This document shows positions 26,286 through 39,382 of a DNA stretch of 64,000 nt, one piece after another (the stretch's first letter is position 1; every line of letters begins with the position of its first letter). A program made the translations under genes and the position numbers. The notes under the pieces were generated by a model. It saw nothing but the letters and a program-made list of their open reading frames with translations, had not been told where the DNA came from and did not search any database. The stretch lies in the NCBI RefSeq assembly GCF_009914755.1, contig NC_060935.1; one strand, given 5' to 3'. Source of the stretch: the human T2T-CHM13v2.0 reference genome, Homo sapiens.

Positions 26286-27072
26286 CACTTACAAGTGCCA
26301 AACACTCAGGGGCGAGACCCAGTGAGACAGACTTCATTGCCATGTGGTTGTTCCCACCTCAGCGTCTCCTAACAGGTTAGGGAAGAGGCTCTGGGCTGCA
26401 GCCTGGGGCCAGGAAGGGAAGACTAAGAGGGCACCAGCCAGCAGGGCTCGCCTCCTGCCCTGAGGCCCAGACATGCACTGTCTTCAGGCCAAGGGCCTGG
26501 AGAGAAGCCATGGGGGACCACTGGGCCAGAGAGTACACCCCCTTCTAGGGCACATTGTGGGGGTCACTGAGCCAGCAGCCTGTGGGTAGCTGGGGGAGGG
26601 GCCCTGAGACCTGGCAGGCTCCACAGAGGCCTTACGAGGGACTTCCAAGGTCCCAGCTGGTGGGTCAGAGGCAGCCAGGAGCTTAGTTTGGTTTCTGTGC
26701 TGGAGAGAATGGCTAGAGGAGAAATGAGCCAGAGCCACCCGGCCTTGATTCTAGCGTCTGGGAAAGCAAAAAGGAGTGGCTCAAGTTGGCGCCTGCTCTT
26801 GGTAGACAGTGGGCACCATGCGAATTCCAAGGAGAGGAGAGGGCTGGGTGGCTACTGCCAGGTCTAGGAGCCCTGGGCAGGGCCCTCAGGGTCACAGGGC
26901 CACATGGGGTCAGGCTCAGTGGGCGCTGTGGAGGTGCTGGGGAGAACCTGTCCAGGGGACCCCGAGCAGACACCTGCTTCTGCAGCCTCCCAGCCCTGGG
27001 GGATTTACTCCTGGCCTCTCGTCCTCTCTCCTGCTCCCCTGCCACTGCCTCCTGCCTTCCTGGACCTCGTAG

Positions 27073-27207
27073 GATGCCTACTCAGAAATCGCCTACCTCT
27101 TTGCGGAGTTCTTCCGGGACCTTGACATTGTGCCATCCGACATCATTGCTGGCCTGGTGCTGCTCCGGCAGCGGCAGCGGGCCAAGCGCAACGCCGTGCT
27201 GGACGAG
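27073..27207 (+). CDS. DAGLA: DAGLA exon 7
   Basis: DAYSEIAYLFAEFFRDLDIVPSDIIAGLVLLRQRQRAKRNAVLDE; 135 nt, phase 0-0. Confidence 0.98.
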
Positions 27208-27850
27208 GTGAGCACCACCAGCCCCTTCTCCAGGTCACCTCTCCACACCACCCTTCTTTCAGGCCCCTTCCCTGTGGCCCCTGCAGCGGAGGGCTCGGCT
27301 CCCACGCAGCTCCCCAGTGACCACGCACTCTCTTGGACCCTGGAGGTCACCTTTACCTCTGGCTCCCCCTGCCTTCCTGAGCTTGTCCTTCGGCCAGGCT
27401 TTCCGTGACTACTACTCTAGGGACTTTCTGGGTCGTGCATGGCTGCCTCTGGGGCTGGCCCTCAAAGGACTTCTAACCACAGGCTTAGTGGACGTGGTGA
27501 GCTCCCGAGTCGGTCTTCTGCGTGGCCGCTCCGCCCACCCCACATCCCCACCAGCACACCAACCCCAGTTAGGGTTTCTCAGTGTCTCATACAAAATACC
27601 TTTCGCCTGCTGTGGGCCAGGAATGTCCTCAGGGGCTTGATGTTTTGGGTAGAAGGGGAGCATCTGGAAATATGGGGAAACCTCAGATTTTGGAAAAGTG
27701 GCTGAATCTTGGAAGAACTAGAAGCTGCATGCTCGTTTGGGCTTCTCGGCCTTTGGGAAGCAGGCGGACGCCAGGGCCTGGGCCCCCTTTCCCAGCCATG
27801 CAGCCGGGCCTGGGCCAGTGATTGTCCTTCTTCACCTGCCGGTCTTACAG

Positions 27851-27928
27851 GCAAACAATGACATCTTGGCCTTCCTGTCTGGGATGCCGGTGACCAGAAA
27901 CACCAAGTACCTCGACCTCAAGAATTCA
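27851..27928 (+). CDS. DAGLA: DAGLA exon 8
   Basis: ANNDILAFLSGMPVTRNTKYLDLKNS; ttacag| ... |gtgagt; 78 nt. Confidence 0.97.
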
Positions 27929-28372
27929 GTGAGTCAGACATCAACTCTCACCCCACCCCGTCCCCATCCCTCCCACTCTGCCACAATGACCTAAGCAAAC
28001 TCCTCCCAGCTGCCCTTGCAGTGCCAGCCACATTGCCCCTGCCCGGTCTCCCCCCGGCTCTCCAGAGAGCCTCTCTGCTCAGATCATGCCCCTCACGAGA
28101 ACCACCCACTTCACACCGGTTCGACAGACAAATCCCCTGAATTCCTTTACCAAGTTCAGAAGTGTCTGGTCCTGGCCTCTTGAGATGACAGAGCACTTTA
28201 CCAGGGTGAGCTGCTAGCATTTTTGCTGCTGCTGCTGCTGTTAATGAAACGCAATGGGCGTAGTACTTGGTTTCCAAGCTTTTTTAGTAGTGGAACCTTT
28301 TCTCAATCGCCTTTCGTAGAAATCCAGTGTGTAATAGGGAAAGGTGGTGCCAGTAACATGGTGGGAGAACCC

Positions 28373-28434
28373 CAGCCCAGGGCCCAGCACACAGCCCAGG
28401 GCCCAGTACAGCCCAGGGCCCAGTACAGCCCAGG
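28373..28434. repeat. Short minisatellite, ~17-bp unit cagcccagggcccagta x3.5
   Basis: Seen directly. Confidence 0.9.
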
Positions 28435-28544
28435 CTGAAACCACAGCTGGCAGCCGGGAGAAACAGGCCCTGCCTCAGGAAGCAAATGGCTGGAGCGTGC
28501 ATCTGCTCTGATGCCTGTCGCTGCGACCTCCAGCAGGCCCCTCA

Positions 28545-29012
<468 letters not shown>

Positions 29013-30236
29013 CTAGAAAAGCCTCAGTCCTCCCTGCCTGTCCCTACTCCCCACTAAAGCAGGCATTTGTATCCTCTCTAAAAATAGCCACATCCATAGT
29101 AAGTGCCCCAAACCAGCCCATTTCTGCTTGCCAGGCTCTGCCCTGGCTGTTCTCACCACCTTCTCCCTCCCACTCCTCACAGGGAGCGGGGAGGGCAGGC
29201 AGCTGTGACTCCCATCAAGTGACTCCCATCGAGGTGCCAGGGTCACACCTGCCACCTGGCAGAGGCTGCCAGGGCCCACCCCGCCCCCAGGGCTGCAGGG
29301 AGCTTCTGACAGGGAGAGGATAATTACCTCTCCACTCTCGTTCCTGAAGAGCAGCTGAGCTGGCCAGGGATGTTTCCACCCCTCCGGGCCCTGATCAAGG
29401 TGCCACCTATTTCACTTCACAAGGTGACTAACCACCCTCCTTAACTTTTACAAGGTGACTAATTCCCTCTCCCGGTGCCTGGGGCACTCGGGAAAGACTG
29501 GAAGCTGGCAGACACTTTGCTGGGGCACCCCTGCCTCTTCCTCCCTCCACCCCAGCAGCCAATAACCTCCTCAGCATCAACAGTGGCTGCTGGGCCTCAG
29601 ACACACTGGCTTTCAAACTGGTGCCTTTCTCCCAAGAGATCCCAATCTCCCACCAACGCAGCCCCTGCCCGGAGCCCTGGGAGCCTGCAGCTGGCTGAGT
29701 CAAGTTGAAGGCTCCCAATATTTGCAGTCAAAGAACCCAAGGGCCAGAGATTTGGTGATTGGTCTCCTGGCCTAGCGTGGCTGCCCTGTTGCCCAAGGCC
29801 CACACACGCCGCCCAGCTGGAGGGCTGGGGCCTCTCAGGGCTACATTTTCCCAGCATCAAGGGCCCTTCTCAGGGCTGATTGCCGAGGTGGGGGGATTAC
29901 TACTCACATCCCTCAACTCTTCCCTTCTCTGGAAAACAGGCAAGGAAATGGACCAAGTGATTTTCTGTCCCCAAATCATTAATTCTGAGACTGGAGCAAC
30001 AGGACAGGTCTCTGAGGATTCGTGTCCTGGTTGCATGGAGATAATTAGGGAAATGCAATTATCACCTGGAGGAGTGTCCTTCCTCCAAGGCCTGGGCCCC
30101 ACACCTCAACAGGGGACCAGCAACCCCTCCCTGCCAGGGGTTGGGTCCGCAGGCTCCCACCCTGGGGAACTGCTGGGCCCTGAGGCTGTAGGCAGGAAGG
30201 GCAGGAGGTGACCGCCCTCTGCCTCCTCTCTTCTAG

Positions 30237-30361
30237 CAAGAGATGCTCCGCTACAAAGAGGTCTGCTACTACATGCTCTTTGCCCTGGCTGCCTACGGGT
30301 GGCCCATGTACCTGATGCGGAAGCCCGCCTGCGGCCTCTGCCAACTGGCTCGGTCCTGCTC
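30237..30361 (+). CDS. DAGLA: DAGLA exon 9
   Basis: QEMLRYKEVCYYMLFALAAYGWPMYLMRKPACGLCQLARSC; donor TC|gtgagt; 125 nt. Confidence 0.98.
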
Positions 30362-32579
30362 GTGAGTACCCCTGTCCCATCCCCCAGCGATTGCACCTCT
30401 CCTCCCGGGTGGTGTGTGAGGAAGGGCTACCGGGCTGCGCCTACTGCTTTGCCCTGAATGGCTTCTTTTCTACACCTTCTCTGGGCCTCAACCTTTCTAG
30501 TTCTGTGTTATCCCTGAGCAGTGAAGTTGTAGGCTTCGGAGTCACACAGTTATGGGTTCGAATCCAGATGTTGTCACTTGCAGCCTGGGGCAAGTGGGTC
30601 CACCTCTCTGAGCCTCAGTTTCTTTATCTGCGAAGTGGAGATGTTGATACATACCTCGTGGAATTTTTTGGAGAGGGCTAGATGAGATATTGCATAACAC
30701 CCACACTGCTGCCTCCCCTCCCCTTCTGGCGTTCTCTCTCTGCCCCCTCAGCCATTCCCTTCTGCCCACATCTTCCCTTCTCTCGGCTCCCCTCATGTGC
30801 TCTGCCTTTCTAGAAGAAAGGACTTTCCTAGTAGAGAGGCCCAATCCATAGAGGTCTTTGAAAAGGCACCAAGAAGGCCTGTTAGTTAAGGCTCCAACCT
30901 TCTTCATAGGATCTAGGAAAGGCCTTAGCCCCAGACCTGGCCTGCAGCCTAGCTCTGCGCTCAGCCCACCGCTTGGGGGCTGGGTGGACTCTGCATTCCT
31001 AAGTGGGCCAGAGAAGGGCGCCTGCTCCAGGAGGAACCCCTCCCTGTCCTGGGTGTCTCCGCCCTCAGCTCATGCCAGGCAGAAGGAGGACAGTTCCCTG
31101 GGCTCCCGTTCTGGAAAGGCTGGCATGCTGGGCAGCAGCTTCTTTCCTTGACACCCCTGCCCTTGGGACCCACAGCAGCCACACCCACTCTGCAGCGCCC
31201 TCCCTGTCCTCAGAAAGCTGGGTGGCTCTCGGGGCCTTATTCTCACCATCCCTCCAGCGACTGATCAGAGAGGACTAGAGCACCTCATGCCCCCTTCCCA
31301 TCTTTGTCAGCTGCATGTGCCTGGCATTCTTGCCTGCATCCCTGGGAGTCCCAGCTGTGGCAGAGAACTCTTCAAAATGAGCACCAGGCTCCATTACTCA
31401 CTGGTGGTGTGGGGACAGCTCTTAGAGCCTTTGTTTCCTAAACTGTAACAGGTGGTATCTGTCCTGCCTGCCCATAGGGTGTTTCAGAACCCAGGGTATC
31501 ACTGGCAGGCAGGGCTCTCTGGTGCTCTGCAGACAGGAGGGGTGCTGGCATTTGTATTAGGTGCCTTAGTGTTGCAGAGAGAGCAGAGTCCCTAGACCTC
31601 ATGAGGGCCCAGCCAGGCCCCTGCCTGGAAGAACCAGGTGCCTGTGGGGCAGAGAGAGGCAGGCCTGCAGCCCAGGGTGTTGGGAGGAGGCCAGAGTCCA
31701 GTGCCCCAGCCTGTCCATAACAGCCTGGCCAGAGGGAGAAGGGCTGCCCATCTGCCTCGGGCCCAGGCCTCTCCCCTGGCAGCAGTTCTCAGCCCATGCA
31801 GAGCACAGCGAGCCAGGCCTGCTTCTGGCTTGGCCCTAGCCCTGCCCTGGATGAGCCCCAGGGCCCTCCCATCCGGGGTGCTGGCCCTGCTCCCCTGACT
31901 GGTCCTCCTGGCCCACACATCACTGACTCAGAGGTAGCCCTGTCACCGGAGAAGCGAGGAGCCACTCGTTATTAAGAACCTATTATAGGCCAGACCATTT
32001 CTGCATCTTGGACCCTTGATCTCACACCAGCCTTGTGAAGTAGCTGTCACCACCTGCTCTTACAGAAGAGGAAACTGAGGCTTAGAATGGCTGAGTGACC
32101 TCCAGGCCCTTGCGGTCAGGAAGTGATACAGCAAGGGTTCAAACTCAAGCCTCCAGTCTCCAAAGGCCACACTGTTACAGCCTCATGCTCAGCTGAGGTT
32201 GGAGAGGGAACAGCTGCCGAGCACAGGAGCTCAGCCCCTAGACCCTGGCCCATCACCACTTGACCTGCAGTGTGGGGGACCATGCTCTCCCATTGTACAT
32301 CGGCTTTGTCCCCCCAGCAAGCACTGTGGCTTTCTCAGCAAAGTCTCTCCCCATTGGAAAGTGTGTAATAGTCACTCAGGTGATGCTCTGAGTGAAGACA
32401 AACCTCCTAGCATCACCAGAATCCAAGCTTCTTAATAAAATCTCAGCTGTCATCCCGTGACAGCTGGCAGGCCCAGTCACGTGGGCTCCAGCGTCTGGTG
32501 CCTTAGCAGTTGGATGCTGGCTCCCTCTGGTGGCCTGAGGTGCCGCTGCACCTAGCTGGGTGCCCAGCTCCCAGGCTGC

Positions 32580-33700
32580 CTCATTCATTTCTGTGGGGAG
32601 GCTACTGTGTACCTGGCCCTGTTTGGGTGCTGGGGATACAGCTGTGGACCTCTCTGTGGTGCTCACTGCCCAGCGAGGAGGCGGACAGCGCATAGACAAG
32701 GCAAATAGGGCACATGGTGGAGCGGATGGGCACTTTGGACCCACATAAAGCCAGGTGCCTGGGATGGGGAGTGCTGGGGGCCTGGGGAGCCCTGGCTGTT
32801 AGATGAGGTGGCAAGAGAGACCTCACTGTGACAGGACGTTTGAACAGAGGCCCAGAGGAGCAAGGGCCAGGCCACGCTGTCTCAGGTGCTGCTGAACACG
32901 CTGGCAGCAGGTCAGAGAGACCAGAGCCAGGTGGGGTAGACAGGGCGTTGCTGTAGGGTCTTAAAAAGAAAATGATGTGGCTCAACTTATCTTAAAAGGG
33001 CCACTCTGTTGCTGAGCTGAGAGCGTAGGGGCAAGTGCAGGGAGGCCAGTCGAGGCCACCATGACAGTCCCAGGCAGAGCTGCCAGGGCAGGGGTAGGGG
33101 AGGTGAGGGAGTGCCTGGAGTCCAGCTCTGAGTCTGAAGGGAAGCCGAGTACGTGTACTGACCGAGTGGCATGGCCGTGGGGGTGAGGGCTGAGGAGCCA
33201 CAGACAGTTGCAAGCCAGAGGCCAAGCCACCGAGGGGCCTTGGGAAGACCTCAGGAGGGTTGGGGTACACAAGCAGGGAAGGGGTTTGAGAGCTGGCAGG
33301 GTGTCAGGTGTCCGAGAGAGGTGCTGGCTAGGCCATTGGATGGAAGCATCTGGGTGTTGGGGCAGGCCTGGGGTGGATTCCTGAGCATGCAGATGGTGTC
33401 TAAAACACAAGACTGCATGAGTGCATGGAGGAGCCAGTGCCCCCAGAGGGACCCCAGGGCTTCAGTGTTGGGTGCATCGCTGAGTAGGCCCTGCCCGGAG
33501 GGGAGATCCCAGAGAGGAGGGGGCCCCAGCCAGGTGGGGAGAGGGAAGGGCCCACAGGGTCAGGTGCCGCCAAGAGCTCAGTTAAGAGGAAGGCTAAGAG
33601 TGGCCAGTGGATTTGGTGACGTGGGGGTCACTAGGACTTAGCAAGGGCAATTTGGTAGAGGCAGTGGGGCTGAATGCCCAACTGGAACTGGTTCCAGGGA
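32580..33700 (-). mobile_element. L2 LINE fragment(s)
   Basis: L2 3'-end motif tcattcattt...ctactgtgtacctggccctg...tgctggggatacagctgtg plus internal L2-like segments. Confidence 0.65.
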
Positions 33701-33768
33701 CAGTGGCAGGAGACATTTGTTCCCTCGGGGACTCCCTGGCCCTGAACTCTCTTGTCACCCCACCCTAG

Positions 33769-33922
33769 GTGTTGCCTGTGTCCTGCGAGGCCGCGGTTCG
33801 CCCCTGGAGTCACCATCGAGGAAGACAACTGCTGTGGCTGTAATGCCATTGCCATCCGGCGCCACTTCCTGGACGAGAACATGACTGCGGTGGACATCGT
33901 CTATACCTCCTGCCATGATGCG
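33769..33922 (+). CDS. DAGLA: DAGLA exon 10
   Basis: SCCLCPARPRFAPGVTIEEDNCCGCNAIAIRRHFLDENMTAVDIVYTSCHDA; 154 nt. Confidence 0.98.
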
Positions 33923-34480
33923 GTGAGGCCGGGCAGGGCTGGGGCCTGGTGTCAGGAGCAGGCAGCTGAGGGCCTAGGGTGCTGAGGCTATCCTTCCAGG
34001 CCGGCAGGAGCCCTTGCTTGGCTGGTGCTGGCTGGCTGCAGCTTCCAGGCATCCCTAGCTGGGCAGACCAGAGGTGGCCCCCTTCTCTTCCCCAGACCCT
34101 GGCTTGCCTGTACCACCTCTGGGGCTGGGAAAGCAGACATCAACCCCACACCCAGTGTTTGGGTTGCCGAGCCCTAGCCCTTTAGGGAAAGGAATTGAGG
34201 GCAGAAGCAGGGAGGGGCAGCCATCACCTGGACTCAGGGGCAAGTGGTGGCACTCAGGGCTGCCAGAGCCAGCAAGGAGCGGGGAGGGCAGGGCAGGCCT
34301 GTGGCTGGGATCGGGAGGAGATCCCCAGTGACCCTGGGAGCCCGTCAGCCTTTCTGGCGGCAGAGGCTCCGTGGCTGGTGGAGCCAGAGTTCCTGGCCAG
34401 GAAGGAGACCTGCCTAGGTCACTTTCCCTGAGTGTGGCCCCACCAGGGCCGCTCAGGCTCACGAGCTGCCCGCCTCCTAG

Positions 34481-34564
34481 GTCTATGAAACGCCCTTCTA
34501 CGTGGCGGTGGACCATGACAAGAAGAAAGTGGTGATCAGTATCCGGGGGACCCTGTCCCCCAAG
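34481..34564 (+). CDS. DAGLA: DAGLA exon 11 (lipase class 3 'vvisiRGT' motif)
   Basis: VYETPFYVAVDHDKKKVVISIRGTLSPK; 84 nt. Confidence 0.98.
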
Positions 34565-34658
34565 GTACGCTGCCCATGGCTCCCAGCCCCCGGGGGTGCC
34601 TGCCTCCCTCTTCCTGTCCTCTTTAGCCGCCCCCTCACCTGTCTCCTCTCTCCCCAAG

Positions 34659-34736
34659 GATGCCCTGACTGACCTGACGGGTGATGCTGAGCGCCTCCCC
34701 GTGGAGGGGCACCACGGCACCTGGCTGGGCCACAAG
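34659..34736 (+). CDS. DAGLA: DAGLA exon 12
   Basis: DALTDLTGDAERLPVEGHHGTWLGHK; aag| acceptor, |gtaacc donor; 78 nt. Confidence 0.97.
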
Positions 34737-35189
34737 GTAACCCACGTCATGGACCCCAGGGCCCCTGGGCTTCTTTCCTGCCCTGCCAGTGTGCAGAGGC
34801 GTGTATGGTTGGGGGTTCCTCCCTGCTCGCTGGGCTCACTGGAAGAGATTGGTCAGAGAGGCATGAATTAGTCTGGAAGGCCCGTTGCGGCCCACTGCTG
34901 CGACCCCACTGCCCTGCACAGCCCAGAGCCTGACCATGGAAGAACCTGAGAGGCAGCTGCGGAGAGATCATACCAGCTTCATTAGCCACACTGCCCCTCT
35001 GAGCCTCAGTTCCCACCTGTGAAATGGAAGTGACAGGATCAGCGTGTCTGCCAGCCCCCACAGCTGGGTTGTCACGAGGCCCAAAGGGAAAAATGGATGG
35101 GGCAGGGTTCCTGAGCTGCAGGTCACTGTGGGTTTGCTGGTCACTGGGAGGCCTCCCACCAACACCTGCTTCTGTTCCTGCCCACCCAG

Positions 35190-35270
35190 GGTATGGTCCT
35201 CTCAGCTGAGTACATCAAGAAGAAACTGGAGCAGGAGATGGTCCTGTCCCAGGCCTTTGGGCGAGACCTG
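35190..35270 (+). CDS. DAGLA: DAGLA exon 13
   Basis: GMVLSAEYIKKKLEQEMVLSQAFGRDL; 81 nt. Confidence 0.98.
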
Positions 35271-36101
35271 GTGAGGAATTTTCCATGGCACCAAGCCTTT
35301 TCACACCTGGGTCCCCCTCCTCCAACGCAGCACAGAGAGGAGAGGATGGATGGGTGATGGAGCCTCACAACTCCCACACAAGCCAGGCTCCTGCAATCCC
35401 TTCCAGCCTGGCTCCCAACCCCTCCTCTTTTGTGCCAGGTCCTGTGGGCATCCTGCTCCGCCCCACCTACAGTCATTGGGCACCTGATTCATGCCAGACA
35501 CTAGAGGCACAAAGATGATTCAGGGCAGACGGCTTTTAAGCCTCATAGCTGCAGAACCGTTTGTCAGAAGGAAACATGGAGAGGCTCAAAATACAGAGCA
35601 GAGAGAAGGGGTGCTGCTCTACCTAGGGGGGAACTGAGTCCTGCCCACTGGCCACGGTCTGTGCAGGTAGCTCCTGAGGTGCCACCAGCTGCCCTTTCCA
35701 AAGCAAAGCAGGCTCTGGCCTCAGGAGACTTCAGTCTAGTAGTGAGGGTAGAGAGATGGGGTCAGGTAACCACATGTTTATAGTGATAAAAAGCTCCATC
35801 CCAGGTACAGATGCAATGACTAGAGGGAGTGAGCCACTCCTGGAAAATCAGAAGGGCTTCCCCAAGGACATAACCTCTGAGCAAGGTTTGGAAGCGTAAA
35901 TAAGAGTTTATTAGAACAGTCTGCCTAAGCAGTCGCTCTGTGGGGCCCTATCTTGGTTCTCTGTGCCCTAGCATTCACACAGCACAGACAAGATCCCAGG
36001 ACTCTGGGAAGATGGGAAGACCCTCTGCCTCCCTTGGGTTGGCTAAGACAGTCGCTTGGCGGGCATTGGGGCAGGGCTCTCAGGCTTCTCTCGGTCTCCA
36101 G

Positions 36102-36244
36102 GGCCGCGGAACCAAACACTACGGCCTGATTGTGGTGGGCCACTCCCTGGGCGCGGGCACTGCTGCCATCCTCTCCTTCCTTCTGCGCCCACAGTATCCG
36201 ACCCTCAAGTGCTTTGCCTACTCCCCGCCAGGGGGCCTGCTGAG
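36102..36244 (+). CDS. DAGLA: DAGLA exon 14, nucleophile elbow GHSLG (S472 codon 36144-36146)
   Basis: [47 protein letters not shown]; cumulative codon count places the Ser at 472. Confidence 0.99.
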
Positions 36245-36606
36245 GTGAGCCATCTGGGGCTTCAGAGTTGGCTGGGGCAGTTGGGACCAGTGGAGGCTGA
36301 GGGTTGGCTGGTGCTAGGGGCTGGACTGGGAGTCTGACTTCTGGTCACATGGAGGTCTGGGAGTGGCCTGGAGGGTGGAGGGTGGGGGCTCTGAAATGCC
36401 ATGCGCCCCCCAGGATCTACCTAGCAAAGCCTTACCAGTGGGAAAGACAGAGCAGGGAGCAGGCAACCCAGCCTGCCACCAGCCAGCTCCCCGGGAGCCA
36501 TCCCAGGAGTGCAGGAGCAGGGCTTGCTTGTGGCTGGGCCCCCCGATTCCGGAACACCACCACCCCGCCCCCTTGGCCTTAGCTTCTGCTTCGGCTTCCC
36601 TTGCAG

Positions 36607-36675
36607 TGAGGATGCAATGGAGTATTCCAAGGAGTTCGTGACTGCTGTGGTTCTGGGCAAAGACCTCGTCCCCAG
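36607..36675 (+). CDS. DAGLA: DAGLA exon 15, catalytic Asp524 (36662-36664)
   Basis: SEDAMEYSKEFVTAVVLGKDLVPR; 69 nt. Confidence 0.98.
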
Positions 36676-37054
36676 GTGAGTCCTTGGCCCCGCTCCATGG
36701 TCCCTTGCCAGGCTGTTCCTCCCTCCTCCAGGCCTCTCCCCACCCCCAGCCCCCGCATCTCTCTCAGTCCGATTCCTGTCTCTCAAGGGACCCCACGCCC
36801 CTCCCCACCCTTAGTTGCCCAGTGGTGAGAAGCCCAGGTGAACGCACGTGCTGGCGCCCGCCCTGCCTGTCCTCTCACTCCTCAGCTCTGCTCTGGGGAG
36901 CTGCTCTGTGGACACCTCTCCACCCCGTGACCCTGGCTGACGTGTCTTCTTGTTCCAGGGGCTAGGCGTGTGCCTGCCCCTCCGCCCCTGGCCCCATACC
37001 TCTCATAGCCGCTGACCAGGCCTGGCTGACAGCCCTGTCTCGTTCCCTCCCCAG

Positions 37055-37127
37055 GATTGGCCTCTCTCAGCTGGAAGGCTTCCGCAGACAGCTCCTGGAT
37101 GTCCTGCAGCGAAGCACCAAGCCCAAA
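37055..37127 (+). CDS. DAGLA: DAGLA exon 16
   Basis: IGLSQLEGFRRQLLDVLQRSTKPK; 73 nt. Confidence 0.98.
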
Positions 37128-38384
37128 GTGAGCCCCCACCTGGTCACCCTGCCTCTGTGCAGCCTCATCTGTCCCTGCCCTTGACCCCCACCGGTTTCTT
37201 GGGACAAAGCACAAGAGGCCCTGCCATGGAAGGCCAGGGCAGGGTGTGGCTGGTGTTGTGGGAACTTCAGGAAGTCAGACCCTCAGCATCCCCAAGCTCA
37301 ACCCATCCATCCCCTGTCATTGTGCAGATGGGGAAACTGAGACCCAGAGTGGGAGGGACTTGCATTTGCTCACATAAAAAGTTAGAACAGAATCAGGACA
37401 GGAACCGAGAGGCTCCCATCACACAGAGCTGGGAGCTGCCCACAGTCAGGAGAAAGCGATCTGGAGGCTTTGAGCGGTGAGGAAAGGCCTCTGCCGAAGC
37501 CTCTGAGATTCCCTAGGCTCAGGGAGGGCTGGGAATGACCTGTGGAGAGGATTTGGGTACAGTTTGTTCTGATTTTCTGCTGTGACCAAGAGGAGAGGGT
37601 CAGCCCTTCCTAATCCGCATCAGGTCTCTGGAGGACACTGGCAGACGGGGTGGCCAGGTGGGGGTGGGGACATGGTGGCCAGGCACACTGAGGCAGGCCA
37701 GCGCAGGAGGAGAGGGTCCTCTGTGTGGTCACCCCTCCTCACCCCCTGCCCCCCGCCCCCTGCCCCGGGCGAGCCCTCAGCCCATTCACCATCTCAGCCC
37801 CGTCTGGACCGTTCCCAGCTTTGGTGCCCTAGACCCTGTGGCAGGCAGGGCCCTGGGCCAGGTACCAGGTGCCAGGCAGTGAGCAGGGCAGCAAAGCTTT
37901 GCGGGACTTTGCCTGTCTGGAGGAGCCTGGTTCTGGGGAGGTGGAACTGCTCCCACCAGATTAGTCCTGGGCTTTTGTCAGGCCAGGCCTGGCAGGTCCA
38001 GCTGGACTCAACTCCAGGGTGTGTTTGGCCTCGGACTTGTGGAGTGATCCAGAATAAGTCCCTTCCCCTCACTAGGCCTGTCTCCCCATCTACTAGATGA
38101 GGGGTTGGCTGGGCTTCCAGCCCCTTGCCAGCCCTGAAATTCAACAATTCCATGTCATCTGTCCTTGGCACCTTATTGGCCGTCTGGCCACCGTGCACCT
38201 CAGCCACTGCCTCTTCAGGTGGGCACCGACCTTTAATGCTCTGGCCACTGCCCTTCCCCTGCCCCTTTGCCATCTTACTGCCCACCTCTCACCTGCTGAG
38301 CCCCCCTTCTCGGTCCCCCTGCCCCTGCCCCCCAGCCAGTGCTACTTAGCTCTGTCCCCATCTCTCCCACTCCACCCCGCGCAG

Positions 38385-38581
38385 TGGCGGATCATCGTGG
38401 GGGCCACCAAATGCATCCCCAAGTCGGAGCTGCCTGAGGAGGTAGAGGTGACCACCCTGGCCAGCACGCGGCTCTGGACCCACCCCAGCGACCTAACTAT
38501 AGCCCTCTCAGCCAGCACTCCACTCTACCCGCCCGGCCGCATCATCCACGTGGTCCACAACCACCCTGCAGAGCAGTGCTG
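38385..38581 (+). CDS. DAGLA: DAGLA exon 17 (regulatory loop, LYPPGRIIH)
   Basis: WRIIVGATKCIPKSELPEE...PLYPPGRIIHVVHNHPAEQC; 197 nt. Confidence 0.98.
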
Positions 38582-39382
38582 GTAGGTTCTGCCAGGGTCT
38601 GCTGCTGCAGGGGGTAGTGGCCAGGGCAGGGGCAGTGGAGAGCAGGGCCGGCCTTGGCTCAATCACCGCTCGGGGCTGGGGGTGGAGGCTGGGAGAAGAT
38701 GGCCCAGGGCCTCCATGGAGGGGTTTCCCCAGCATCGGGCTCTGGAAATGGAACAAAAGGCCAGCCCTGAGCAGGACTCCAGGCGTCTCTCTCCATAGTC
38801 TGGCTTTGCCTCCAGTGTCAGCCCTTCCCTGGTGTGCCCCAGGGCAGCTCTCCCCACTGGTGGTCCATTTAAAAGTAGGTGCCCTGGAGGGCTCACCCCT
38901 CAGGCCCTGGCCAGCTCACACCTCAGTTGTCACTTGGTTTCACCAAGGGAATTCCTCGAAGACAGCTGTGAGCAAGGTGGGGGCTGCGCCAGGAGAGAGA
39001 ATAGGAGCAGGCAAGTGGGTAGACCTTTCCCACTGTGCTCCTTCAGACGGCTGAGCCCTGGCTCCTCCCTCCAGGGTCGGCTTCCTCCCCTGACACAGCT
39101 GGTGAGCTGGGCCGTGCAGCAGGTGGAGCAGGTGTGGCCCAGGCCAAAAGCAGGTCGAAGGCTGTGGAGGGACCATGGCTGAGGCTCGAGGTCAGCCTTT
39201 CCCAGGCTGAGGGCAGGGCAGGAGCCAGGCCAGGGAACAGAGCCCTGCTGCCAGGCAGGCCAGGGGCCTCCAAACCATGCCAGCTCTGCTGAGCAGGGCA
39301 GAGAACAGAGCCAGGAGGCCCTGGCACCGAGGGCCAGGCCACCACCCCACCCTTAACTCCCCTCTGTCCATGTCCCTCTCAG

